DNA of 63,939 nucleotides, filler included, from Octopus bimaculoides (GCF_001194135.2; 7 parts of 5 records of this genome joined end to end with filler, not necessarily neighbours in it), one strand, 5' to 3'; positions 9,731 to 21,676 are shown, numbered from the whole stretch's first letter. Numbers and translations: made by a program. The notes: a model not told the origin generated them from the sequence alone.

Positions 9731-11467
9731 GCATGAGTACCACTCGCTTTAAACTCAGGCTCCGTCTGCTCTGATAATCGGTGGTGACTTGGTCATCGAA
9801 TCCTTTGNNNNNNNNNNNNNNNNNNNNNNNNNNNNNNNNNNNNNNNNNNNNNNNNNNNNNNNNNNNNNNNNNNNNNNNNNNNNNNNNNNNNNNNNNNNNN
9901 NNNNNNNNNNNNNNNNNNNNNNNNNNNNNNNNNNNNNNNNNNNNNNNNNNNNNNNNNNNNNNNNNNNNNNNNNNNNNNNNNNNNNNNNNNNNNNNNNNNN
10001 NNNNNNNNNNNNNNNNNNNNNNNNNNNNNNNNNNNNNNNNNNNNNNNNNNNNNNNNNNNNNNNNNNNNNNNNNNNNNNNNNNNNNNNNNNNNNNNNNNNN
10101 NNNNNNNNNNNNNNNNNNNNNNNNNNNNNNNNNNNNNNNNNNNNNNNNNNNNNNNNNNNNNNNNNNNNNNNNNNNNNNNNNNNNNNNNNNNNNNNNNNNN
10201 NNNNNNNNNNNNNNNNNNNNNNNNNNNNNNNNNNNNNNNNNNNNNNNNNNNNNNNNNNNNNNNNNNNNNNNNNNNNNNNNNNNNNNNNNNNNNNNNNNNN
10301 NNNNNNNNNNNNNNNNNNNNNNNNNNNNNNNNNNNNNNNNNNNNNNNNGAATAACCGTCCGACTGAATAAATATCCGCTATATGCAATGACAGCTATGAC
10401 TAATAGTTAATGTAAATACATCGTTGAAAAGCAAATTTGTGTGTGCTATTCACAAGACATAGAGGGGCCGAAATACATTTTGACACGAACGAATTCAATG
10501 ACCCACTCTTTCAGTGACGCAACAAGATCTGATTAAAAAAATGGTAAAATATAGCCAAAAAAAAAAAAGAACAAGCAAACAACACAAATATATAAATATA
10601 AATACATATTTGTGTATACACACACACACACTGAAACAATATGGCTGTTGTTAAGTTGTTAATTATGGACGTCGCTAGCGGAAGCAATGACATATCTCTC
10701 TCTCTCTCCGTTAATTAAAATCATTAAATCTCTAATACCATCCAGTAATAATTCCGTTCTGCTGACGGCTAAACGGCTAAAACAGTATTATGGGAAACAT
10801 AAACATCTCTCTCCTTCTCTTTCTCTCTATCCATCTCTCTCTTTCTACCTTTGTTTCTCTCACTTATCTCTCTTTATATCTGTCAGCCTCTACATTTCTG
10901 TATTGCTCACTCTCTCTCACTTCCTCTCTGTTTCTTACAATCTCCCCTCTGCATTTCTACTTTTATATACATCTCTCTCTCTCTCTCTTTTTCTCACTCA
11001 TCGCCTTTATTTCTCTCAATGTCAATGTTTCTTTAACTCTCACTTTCTTTACCTCTTTCTCTCTCTCTAGCTATATCTCTTTCTCCCTCTCTCGCTTTTC
11101 AACGTTTTCCCTTTCCCTCTTCTCCTCTATCCATTTCTCTTTCCCTCTATAGCGAACTCTCTCCCTCCCACTCACTTTTCTAACTATCTGTTTGACTCCC
11201 CATTTCTTTGTCTCTGTCTGTCTGTATCTCTCTCTCTCTCTCTCTCCCCCCTCTCTCTCATTCATACATAATTTATTGATTCAGTAAAACTGTGTGAAAA
11301 TGCTAATTTATCGACTAAAAATTCCAAAAAACAAATAACTTGTTTTATTTGATTTTATTTTTTTCGTTTTCATTTTACTTCATTTATTTTATTGCTTTTT
11401 GTTATGTTAAGCGAGATTTATTGTCGGACATATTTGTTTTCGTATTTTTGTTTCAATAAAATTCACG

Positions 11468-11620
11468 AGTGGTAAGAAGTTTGCTTTTCAAACACATGGT
11501 TCTGGGTTCAGTGCCACTGCATGGCATCTTTGACAAATTTCTTCTACTATAGCCTCGGGCCAACCAAAGCCATGTGAGTGGATTTGGTTGACGAAAACTG
11601 AAAGAAGCCCAACGTATATA
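11468..11620 (+). mobile_element. SINE family B, 5' half
   Basis: gagtggtaagaagtttgc...ggttcagtgccactgc...ctatagcctcgggcc..ccaaagcc.tgtgagtggatttgg..gacg.aaactgaaagaagccc. Confidence 0.85.
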
Positions 11621-11628
11621 TAATATAC

Positions 11629-11657
11629 ACTAGATTGCCCGTGACCCGTTGGATCAC
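11629..11657 (-). mobile_element. Helitron 3' terminus (hairpin + CTAG|T); body runs toward the gap at 12003
   Basis: Minus strand GTGATCC-AAC-GGGTCAC (7-bp stem, one G-U), a 7-nt spacer, then CTAG followed by T: the canonical Helitron 3' signature. Confidence 0.6.
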
Positions 11658-12002
11658 TGAAGCTGATTTCGACATTGCATTGAAATGAAAGTTAATTTTA
11701 TGATGATTCAGTTAAATATTTCAATTCGTTCGTGTCATCACAGGTCTAGTTTACAAGTTCATGTTTATGATTTTATTGATTATTTACAGCATCTAATTGA
11801 AATAGAACTTCCGGAATGAACTTGAACTCCACTAGCAGCATTTATTTATGACACGTGTGCACACTTCTACAAAAATGCAAAAGGAATTGTTATATAATGT
11901 ATGCATAAAATTAATGGAAACAATTTTCCTATTTCAGGGTTATGTTACTTTCGGAATATTTTCCAATTATATACTGTTTTGGCTAGTTATGAAGGTACCC
12001 CC

Positions 12003-12102
12003 NNNNNNNNNNNNNNNNNNNNNNNNNNNNNNNNNNNNNNNNNNNNTTAATTAATTAANNNNNNNNNNNNNNNNNNNNNNNNNNNNNNNNNNNNNNNNNN
12101 NN
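12003..12102. other. Artificial 100-bp contig-join spacer (44 N + TTAATTAATTAA + 44 N); also at 23658-23757, 28281-28380, 51900-51999, 56454-56553, 61258-61357
   Basis: Identical geometry in all six occurrences; the 12-mer places stop codons in all six frames. Confidence 0.95.
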
Positions 12103-12789
12103 TATATATATATTTGAAGGTTTGGAGGTGATGTACAGAAATTATATAGAAAACAATTAAGGTACTCAGAAATCTGGATGTTTGTACATTTACAGATTTT
12201 TATTAATGTCACATATTAAATAAAGCGCTTTTCACCTGGTTGTGCAGGATTTTCAAATATATATATATATAGCGGCATGTATGTAGTAGTAGCAGCAGTA
12301 GTGGGGTATTCGGTAGGATATATATGTAATGATACATATATGCAATGAATGATAAGATACGTATAATGACCATTGTATAAATCCAATAGATCTAGCAGGC
12401 TTTCATATATTTATTTATTTCTCAAATCATTCGGACAAATGCAAGTATTTATTTATTTATTTATTTATTTTTGTATCTCTTCATTTATTTATTACTTTTC
12501 CTTTACGCTAAGCACGTATATCTCTAGCCTAGAGATCTTACATTCCTGACATGTCGAGATCTGATTTCCCCGGTGCAACCCAGAAAACATTCACTTCAAT
12601 GTTACCCGCTAACATCTACTGTGGATCTCATAGTGTGTCACATATCTGCTCTCACTTTGTATATCGATCATTCAATCATTTATTCTTTCACCCTCTCTCT
12701 CTTTCACACATACATACATACATACATACATACATAATGAAATCCGCCAGAAAGATAATCCTGAGGATAAAGAAATAAAAATCCACAAT

Positions 12790-13600
12790 ATGGTAGAAGC
12801 CATAGCCACTCATAATAAAAAGGAATATTGATGGAATGTACCAGTGAAGACCTCAATAAAATGTAAGCACAACAGACCTGATATAATGATTTGGGATAGA
12901 GAAGAGAAACAGTGCACAGTTGTGGAAATTCGCTGTTCAGTAGATGTTAACATAAAGCTGAAGATCAGAGAAAAAAGAGAACACCTATGCTGAACTATTG
13001 AGAAATCTACAGTTACTCTATCTAAATTACAAGTTCAAGTTTATACTTGTAATTATTGGAGCCCTAGGATATGTAACACAACAGCCTAAATGCCAATCTT
13101 GAGAAATTAGGTTTCTCAAAACCAGAAAGGAGAAATCTAATTCGAAGACCACACATCCAATCCATCACTGGAACTGTAAAAATCTGTAAAACTTTGCAGA
13201 AGCTTATCATTTAAATATATATATGAACATGTCTAGATAATCAACTATATGCATGAAAATACATACATAAAACATACAAATCTGAACATACATACATACA
13301 TACATACATACATACATACATACAGACAGACAGACAGACTTACAAAGAAAAATACCCTGCTGCTGATGTTGAAATTCCAATGAAGGAACCTTAGATCTAG
13401 GTTAGAAAACTGTTCTTTCTCTATTGGCAAAAAAATTTGGAATAAACTGTATAATGACATACATACTAACAAAAATACCGTTGTTGATGTTGAAATACCA
13501 ATGAAAGAGCCTTGGATCTAGGTTAGAAACCAGTTCTTTCTCTATTGATAAGAAATCTTGAAACAAACTGAATAATGTCATACGTACATAATACATACAT
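12790..13600 (+). mobile_element. R4-clade LINE 3' part: restriction-like endonuclease domain plus tandemly duplicated 3' UTR end with (ATAC)n
   Basis: WNVPVKTSIKCKHNRPDIMIWDREEKQCTVVEI...ELLRNLQLLY...VIIGALG (RLE R-PD-x-E motif). The terminal roughly 120 bp is repeated (about 13350-13465 and 13470-13590), each followed by catacatac. Confidence 0.8.
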
Positions 13601-13614
13601 ATACACATACATAC

Positions 13615-13660
<46 letters not shown>

Positions 13661-13721
13661 CATATAAATATACATACATAAATATATATATGTATAATAT
13701 AATATATAAACACACACACAC

Positions 13722-13890
13722 ACACACGATGCTGGTGTGTTTATGTACCCGTAACTTAACGATTCGACAGAAGAGACCGATAGAATAAACCCCAAGATTA
13801 TAAAGAATACGGCCAGGGGGCGATTTCTGCGATTAAACGGCAGTGCTTGACAACCGATGCTGGTATGTTTACGCCCCCGTAACCTAGTGG
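13722..13890 (+). mobile_element. SINE B 3'-half fragments (two overlapping partial copies)
   Basis: cgatgctggtgtgtttatgtacccgtaacttaac...gagaccgatagaataa, and cttgacaaccgatgctggtatgtttacgcccccgtaacc. Confidence 0.7.
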
Positions 13891-14060
13891 TTCGGCAAAA
13901 GAGAGAGAGAGAGAGAGGGAGGGAGAGAGAGAGAGGGCAGAATGATAAAGGAGAAGACTTTTGGTACAGTATTATATATGCTTGAAAGAATAAGTAGAGA
14001 TGGCTTGTTTGAGGGGATAAGTTTTAGTTTAATCTTAATAATAATAATAATGTTTCCTAT

Positions 14061-14279
14061 GGAGGCAGCGAGCTGGCAGAAACGTTAGCACGCCGGGCGA
14101 AATGCTTAGTAGTATTTTGTCGGTCTTTAAGTTTTGAGTTCAAATTCCGCCGCGGCCGACTTTGCCTTTCATCCTTTCGGGGTCGATAAATTAAGTACCA
14201 GTTGCGTACTGGGTCGGTCTAATCGACTGGTCCCCTCCCTCAAAATTTCGGGCCTTTTGCCTAGAGTAGAAAAGAATTA
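14061..14279 (+). mobile_element. SINE family A, full-length
   Basis: ggcagcgagctggcagaaacgttagc (A box), gagttcaaattccgcc (B box), Nin/Deu-like core, ends gagtagaaaagaatta. Confidence 0.9.
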
Positions 14280-14868
14280 CGTTTACTAAGATTGAAAATA
14301 AAAATTATCCCTTCAAACAAGCCATCTCTATTCATTCTTATATATAAATATATGTGAATAAATGCATCCATATACGTATGCATTAATATAATCACATATA
14401 TATGCACATATGTGATTATATTCATGCATATATATGCATGCATTTATTCACATACGCAAATACATGTATGCACATATGTGTGTGCCAGTCTGTCTGTTGT
14501 TCTATCTATCTACATATCTGTGTGCAGGTAGTCAATTTCAAGTTGACTAGGACTTTTCAATAGATTATTTAATTCTACTTTTTATTGAGTGAGTAGATGT
14601 CCAGTTATTATTAAACTAAAAATTAATAACATAAATTCAACGAACGTACACATACACATTTATGAGCATGTGTATGTTTGTGTAGAGATATATATCCATA
14701 TATGTTTGTGTAGACACATACATACACAGATGTATAATACAATATATGTTACGTCACATCAAGTGAGAATGAGTATAATCCAATCAGAATAGCATCCTTA
14801 TGTATGGTGTGAACCCATCAAATAAATAGGAAATATTATCTATTAAATTATCCTCTTATATATGTTGA

Positions 14869-14946
<78 letters not shown>

Positions 14947-15344
14947 CTCAATGCAACTATTCGTGCTTCCATTTACCTTTTTATATGTATGTAACCAATT
15001 CGTCTACTTTCACTTTCTCGTCCAACACTGACTACACCCTAATACTTTTCCGCCTGCTCTTTCACTCGCGCTTGCTCACCCTGCCTCGTTCACTCCGAAA
15101 GAAGCGAAACAATTTTAAGAAAACTTTATTCCCTTCACACTTAAGTAAATCCATCATTTTTCATTATTTTTCCCAGTGACTGCAATCATTTATCTATAGA
15201 AGTTATCCTATTATAATCTTGAAAATACACACATGTACAGGTACATATGCGTATGTCCACATATAAATATCTATATGTATGTATATATTTCGTTTTCGAA
15301 GGTCTTGCTATGTATGTATTCACTTACATATATGTATTCACACA

Positions 15345-15389
<45 letters not shown>

Positions 15390-15673
15390 TCATATACATA
15401 TTTCCACGCCCGCACGTACACATGCAGACATATTCAGACATGCATATATACATACAGAAATACCTCTCTATACGTATTGAGATATATATTTACACAATGC
15501 CGTCTGTCCTTTTTTTTGAAGTTATTTAATAATGTCAGCTAACAAATTTATATCAATCAAGTAATATTTATATTAATAGGTTTTATATTTTATAATATAT
15601 GTATGCGTAGACGGGACATACAAGTGTTCTGTGTGCTATGTCTGCATATGTGTGTGTGAGCACACGCACGAGA

Positions 15674-15720
<47 letters not shown>

Positions 15721-16384
15721 CATATATGTATTTATATATATATATATATACATACATACATAGATGTGTTTATATATATATACATACATAGATGTATTTA
15801 TTTATATATATATATATATACATACATACATAGATGTATTTATATATNNNNNNNNNNNNNNNNNNNNNNNNNNNNNNNNNNNNNNNNNNNNNNNNNNNNN
15901 NNNNNNNNNNNNNNNNNNNNNNNNNNNNNNNNATGCATATATAAATACATAGATGTATGTATATATGAATACATATAACATACATATATGTATTTATATA
16001 TATATACATCTATTTATTTATATATGTACATACATACATATATGTATTTGTACACACACACACATACATATATATATATACACATACATACATATACGTA
16101 TTTATATATATATATATTTATATATATACATACATGTATTTATTTATATATATACATACATACATATATGTATTTATATATATCTACATATGTATTAGTA
16201 TTAATATGTAGCTATATACATATATATTTATATATATGTGTATATATGCATGCATATATACATATACGATATATATGTGTATATAGATGTATATATATAT
16301 ATGTATATATTTGTATATATGTACATATATATGTTGATATATATTTATATATATATACATATGTGTATATATATATTGTATATA

Positions 16385-16437
<53 letters not shown>

Positions 16438-17418
16438 NNNNNNNNNNNNNNNNNNNNNNNNNNNNNNNNNNNNNNNNNNNNNNNNNNNNNNNNNNNNNNN
16501 NNNNNNNNNNNNNNNNNNNNNNNNNNNNNNNNNNNNNNNNNNNNNNNNNNNNNNNNNNNNNNNNNNNNNNNNNNNNNNNNNNNNNNNNNNNNNNNNNNNN
16601 NNNNNNNNNNNNNNNNNNNNNNNNNNNNNNNNNNNNNNNNNNNNNNNNNNNNNNNNNNNNNNNNNNNNNNNNNNNNNNNNNNNNNNNNNNNNNNNNNNNN
16701 NNNNNNNNNNNNNNNNNNNNNNNNNNNNNNNNNNNNNNNNNNNNNNNNNNNNNNNNNNNNNNNNNNNNNNNNNNNNNNNNNNNNNNNNNNNNNNNNNNNN
16801 NNNNNNNNNNNNNNNNNNNNNNNNNNNNNNNNNNNNNNNNNNNNNNNNNNNNNNNNNNNNNNNNNNNNNNNNNNNNNNNNNNNNNNNNNNNNNNNNNNNN
16901 NNNNNNNNNNNNNNNNNNNNNNNNNNNNNNNNNNNNNNNNNNNNNNNNNNNNNNNNNNNNNNNNNNNNNNNNNNNNNNNNNNNNNNNNNNNNNNNNNNNN
17001 NNNNNNNNNNNNNNNNNNNNNNNNNNNNNNNNNNNNNNNNNNNNNNNNNNNNNNNNNNNNNNNNNNNNNNNNNNNNNNNNNNNNNNNNNNNNNNNNNNNN
17101 NNNNNNNNNNNNNNNNNNNNNNNNNNNNNNNNNNNNNNNNNNNNNNNNNNNNNNNNNNNNNNNNNNNNNNNNNNNNNNNNNNNNNNNNNNNNNNNNNNNN
17201 NNNNNNNNNNNNNNNNNNNNNNNNNNNNNNNNNNNNNNNNNNNNNNNNNNNNNNNNNNNNNNNNNNNNNNNNNNNNNNNNNNNNNNNNNNNNNNNNNNNN
17301 NNNNNNNNNNNNNNNNNNNNNNNNNNNNNNNNNNNNNNNNNNNNNNNNNNNNNNNNNNNNNNNNNNNNNNNNNNNNNAAAAAAAAAAAACAGAAACCATT
17401 CAAATCTAATTTTCATAG

Positions 17419-17453
17419 TTGACCCATGAAAATATACAAAACAGGATGAAAAA
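17419..17453 (+). CDS. Tentative upstream exon of the 18.4-19.05 kb spliced gene (LTHENIQNRMK-K)
   Basis: Acceptor tctaattttcatAG, donor AA|GTAATA; the phase-2 end matches the next exon. Very short, and an N gap lies in the intron. Confidence 0.2.
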
Positions 17454-18450
17454 GTAATAGATGGCACACAACTTTCCATCCCAAATGTGCAATGAACGAG
17501 CAAACGGTAAATTTCCTCAAATCTAAACCTAAAAATTTTATATTATAATTTCATTTACTGTTCAATTTAGAACGCTATAAAATCCGTTAGAGTAATAATC
17601 ATCAAAATAAATATCAAATTTAACAAATAAATAAATAAATGAATAAAGAATGTAAGAAAGAAAGAAAGAAATCATGCCGTGGAAAACAATTTAAAAAAAC
17701 TATAACATCCAAACTAGAGTAAAATAAAAACACACTTACATGATAATAACAATAATAATAATAATGATGATAATGTTCTTAATAAATTCACTCTGAAAAA
17801 CTCTAGCATATACCAATATACACAATTAAAATAAAATTTAATCTTATATCAATTCAGCAAAAAAAATATATATATCCCTCAGTACTACCACGTTATTTTA
17901 CATCTCAATATCCGTAGAACAGAAACCCGTCTTCAATGAAAAACCCACCTATAATAAAATTCCAACTCACACGTACGGTAATTCATACTACATTTATCTA
18001 TATTCTAACTATACATACACACACTCTAATATATATTTTTATATATTATACATTAAATATTAAATAAATAATTAAATAAATAAACTGAAAAAATCAAACA
18101 AACTCATCTTTACTTATGTACTCTACGAATGTAAACAAAACAAAATTACTTTCACCGGAAAACCGGTGTTTACCGAAAGAAATTCCCAAACAAAAACTAT
18201 ACCTCATACACATCGTGACTTTCTAATACACCTATCTATATTCTTAATATATTTACCATACACTCCTATATACACAGACAAACACACACACACACACACA
18301 CACACATACATATACACACATACACATACATNNNNNNNNNNNNNNNNNNNNNNNNNNNNNNNNNNNNNNNNNNNNNNNNNNNNNNNNNNNNNNNNNNNNN
18401 NNNNNNNNNNNNNNNNNNNNNNNNNNNNNNNATGTAAGAGTTTGTCCAAG

Positions 18451-18501
18451 GCTCATTTATGGAAGTGTCACTGTGTGTATAGGTGTTATGCTGTACTGCC
18501 G
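18451..18501 (+). CDS. Candidate coding exon (xLIYGSVTVCIGVMLYC-R), hydrophobic segment
   Basis: Acceptor gtttgtccaAG, donor CCG|GTAACG; open frame joins in phase to 18719. Confidence 0.35.
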
Positions 18502-18718
18502 GTAACGGGTTTTTCTCAGAAACCAATTAATTTGTGACAGTTTTGAATTCTCTCGGGAGTTGTGAATTAATCTTGTCTTATAATAATTACATTTCTTTCT
18601 AACTAACATAAAGCTTGTCTTCGTTATTATCTTCCTATAAATCAAATGTAAATCACGTTTTGAGATCTATACAGATTATGCCCTTTACTCCTCCCTTAAG
18701 TTCATCATTTTACTCCAG

Positions 18719-18776
18719 TCATTATTCCAAAATTTCCCCACCCAAGACTATCACATTGGTGCAGTGTGATATACGC
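18719..18776 (+). CDS. Candidate coding exon (HYSKISPPKTITLVQCDIR)
   Basis: Acceptor ttcatcattttactccAG, donor CGC|GTAAGG; phase-0 end joins to 18946. Confidence 0.45.
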
Positions 18777-18945
18777 GTAAGGGTTGAGGTAAAAGCAACG
18801 GTACTTTGTGGACAACATACAGTTGGAATTTCAAATATGTTTGCAGTATGCTATGTTTGATTTAAAATTCTACTTTGCGTTCCGTTCAATAAACAATTGA
18901 TAATTTCTGGGTAAGTTGCATTATAAAGACTAACATCTTATCCAG

Positions 18946-19050
18946 ATTCACCTAGCATTTCGGAAACCGAAATTAAATACTCCTGAAATGGATCCTGGGC
19001 TTCTTGAATTGGTTGGTTTAAAAGAGTTTAAAACTCGGATTAGTGATGTA
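18946..19050 (+). CDS. Candidate coding exon (IHLAFRKPKLNTPEMDPGLLELVGLKEFKTRISDV)
   Basis: Branch-point GACTAAC (18928-18934), acceptor tccAG, 105 nt open in frame 0 only, donor GTA|GTGAGT. Product not recognised. Confidence 0.5.
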
Positions 19051-19249
19051 GTGAGTCTGAGTTATCAGTCTGTCTTCAGCAAATCATCTGACGTTTGTGT
19101 AAACTGTGTACACATACATACATACATACATACATACATATGTGAGTGAATGTATATGGCTTAACTCCCGATGGAATCGCAGAAGTATGGCCGTGACATA
19201 CGTTAGGACTTTGTCACGCATCCTTCTCCAACTTTCTTCTCTCTTTCTC

Positions 19250-19527
19250 TAAGAAGATGGAGGAGGAGAAGAAGGAGAAGAAGGAGAAGAAGGAGGAGAA
19301 GAAGGAGAAGAAGGAGAAGAAGGAGGAGAAGGAAACGAAGAAGAAGGAGACGAAGAAGAAGGAGACGAAGAAGAAGAAGAAGACGAAGAAGACGAAGAAG
19401 ACGAAGAAGAAGAAGAAAAAGAAGAAGAAGAAAAAGAAGAAGAAGAAGAAGAAGAAGAAGAAGAAGAAGAAGAAGAAGAAGAAGAAGGAAAAGAAGAAGA
19501 AAGAAAAGAAGAAGAAGGAAAAGAAGA
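19250..19527. repeat. Pure purine (GAA/GAG)n tract with 9- to 15-bp higher-order units
   Basis: About 275 bp of gaaggagaa / gaaggagacgaagaa / gaagaa; explains the spurious Lys/Glu-, Leu- and Ser-rich ORFs. Confidence 0.95.
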
Positions 19528-19660
19528 TTCGACTCCAGCATTGGTATTGTATTTATTAACCATGAAAGGGTGAAAGGCAAAGTTGAGCTCTGTAGGGTTT
19601 GAACTCAGAGCGCTGAGAACAAGCACGAATTGCCGTAAACTAATTTGCTACCTATGTAGT
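19528..19660 (-). mobile_element. SINE A, degenerate
   Basis: ttcgactccagc...gaaaggcaaagttgagctc...tttgaactcag matches the family A core. Confidence 0.65.
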
Positions 19661-21292
19661 GGTAACTTTCTACCTACATGTATGTATCAGCGGAGAATCA
19701 ATTTGTTTGCGTCTTAAACCGTGTGAGTTTTTTTTTTCTTAATCCTATTTCTTTTCGAAATCCTTTCTTTAAAATGCGTGTTTCAAGTGTATTTCCGCTG
19801 GAGAATTCTGGGTAGTAATAGAACTAGAGTACTGACGGTTGTATAGCAATTGATCATTGTTGACCTTAACTGCAGAATCAGAATAAATTATTGCTAAGCA
19901 TGGAATTGGATAATTATGAGATCGGTCTGAGTTGTTGAAGTTTGTTTAGATCTAGGCCTGTCCCATTCGAGCCCACCTACATGTAGGCTGATGCTCCAGC
20001 CTACATAAATGACGGTGGCCACCCCGTCTTTATTAAGCATAGTGTATCTATTTAGGCATAGTGTATCCAATGGAAAAGTCCTGCTTTTATGACAGTACAT
20101 GGTGATTTGAGGGTGGTTTCATTTCCTAGAGATACCCTCGTTATCTCATACAGTTAAAGTTGATAATTAGGTCATTCTAAAAAACTTTTTTCACATCAGA
20201 GCTTATTTTGTTTACCGATGATGTGCTTCCCAACTTAGATGGAACGCATAGATCTAAAAACAAAAGCTCCAAGAATATAAATTGAACAAAATGGTCAAAC
20301 GTTTGATTTACGTCCCTCAAATACGTTCCTCGCTTGTACAATACCCGAAGTCTATTTCAATTTATGTTAAAAACAATAACATATGGTTAGAGGGAGTTTT
20401 GGTAGCTATTTTTAGAAGATCGAACGACCACTCAGACTTCCTCGCTAGCTTGTAATGATAGGCGTGTGACTACTATCTAGCTCGTCTGATATTTATATTT
20501 TTGTTAAAAACAATTGGGTGAAATTTGAAGGTTTTGGTGGCTATTTTTAGCAGAACGAACGAATACATACAGACCTCCTCGTTAGCTTATAATGGTTTTT
20601 TTTCGTTGAGTAGAAAGGATGGTAATTTTCAGTCTTTGAAGTTATTGAACAAGTTCTATTTTATTTTTTAAAATATATTTCGGTGTATTTTACTGAAGGT
20701 TATTGTTGTCTATGAAACTCAGAGGAAATATCACTTATTGATTTTATAATTTATTCCTTTGATGTATATACATACTTCATTTTCAGCATTGCTATAAATA
20801 AGATTCATTTGAAATAAGCGTGTGACTAATACGAATATGCATCTTAAATACCAGCAAATACGCTACCTTGTATACGGTTCTAGAATCGACAATTATTATC
20901 GTTCTANNNNNNNNNNGAGTTTTATATTGCGAACATATACCAGAAAAGAGAATCTGTATAATAGCCTACCATTTTAGTTATGACAAAATTTTTCTATTGG
21001 TATAAATACTGAAGCTAATATAAAGGACTACTTTATAAGTGGATCATAATCTCTGAATTTATTGGAAACTTATAAAAGGGAATACTATATACACGCCGTC
21101 TTGTATACATATATATATATGTAATAACATGTAATTATATGTATTAATACGAATGTAATAAATCACGTATAACACGAACCAAAAATAATAACCTGTATTG
21201 TTGGTCCTAGATGCATTATTTCTGAAAATAAAGACAGCATGCTTATACATGGAACGCGTTTGAAAATTCATGGGGCTGTTTGGTAAAGGTGG

Positions 21293-21676
21293 TTGTTGGC
21301 ACTCCGTCGCTTACGACGTCGAGGGTTCCAGTTGAACCGATCAACAGAACAGCCTGCTCATGAAATTAACATGCAAGTGGCTGAGCAATCCACAGACACG
21401 TGTACCCTTAACGTAGTTCTCGGGGGATATTCAGCGTGACACAGTGTGACAAGGCTGACCTGTTGAATTACAGGCACAACAAAAACAGGAAGTAAGAGTG
21501 AGAGAAAGTTGTGGTGGAAGAGTACAGCAGGGTTCGCCACCATCCCCTGCCGGAGCCTCGTGGAGCTTTAGGTGTTTTCGCTCAATAAACACTCACAACG
21601 CCCGGTCTGGGAATCGAAACCGCGATCCTATGACCGCGAGTCCGCAGCCCTAACCACTGGGCCATTGTGCCTCCAC
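21293..21676 (-). mobile_element. SINE family C (tRNA-Arg(TCG)-like head), full-length, 12-bp TSD TGGTAAAGGTGG
   Basis: Minus head ggaggcacaatggcccagtggttagggctgcggacTCGcggtc...ggtttcgattccc; (CAA)n tail; TSD at 21281-21292 and 21677-21688. Confidence 0.92.

Noticed and set aside
13360-13420. Ribozyme-like look of the R4 3' UTR (aacct..aggtt hairpin followed by GAAAC)
   Set aside because: The CUGANGA box is not positioned before the hairpin and stem I is missing; only a simple stem-loop is supported.
18911-18945. GTAAGT donor 35 nt upstream of the 18946 acceptor
   Set aside because: A 35-nt intron is too short, and the upstream frame has stops. The 18777 donor gives a consistent model.
21560-21676. 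tRNA-Arg(TCG)-like sequence (and similar heads in SINE A, B and D)
   Set aside because: It has A/B boxes but no complete acceptor stem, and it continues into a SINE body with a tail and TSD; not a tRNA gene.
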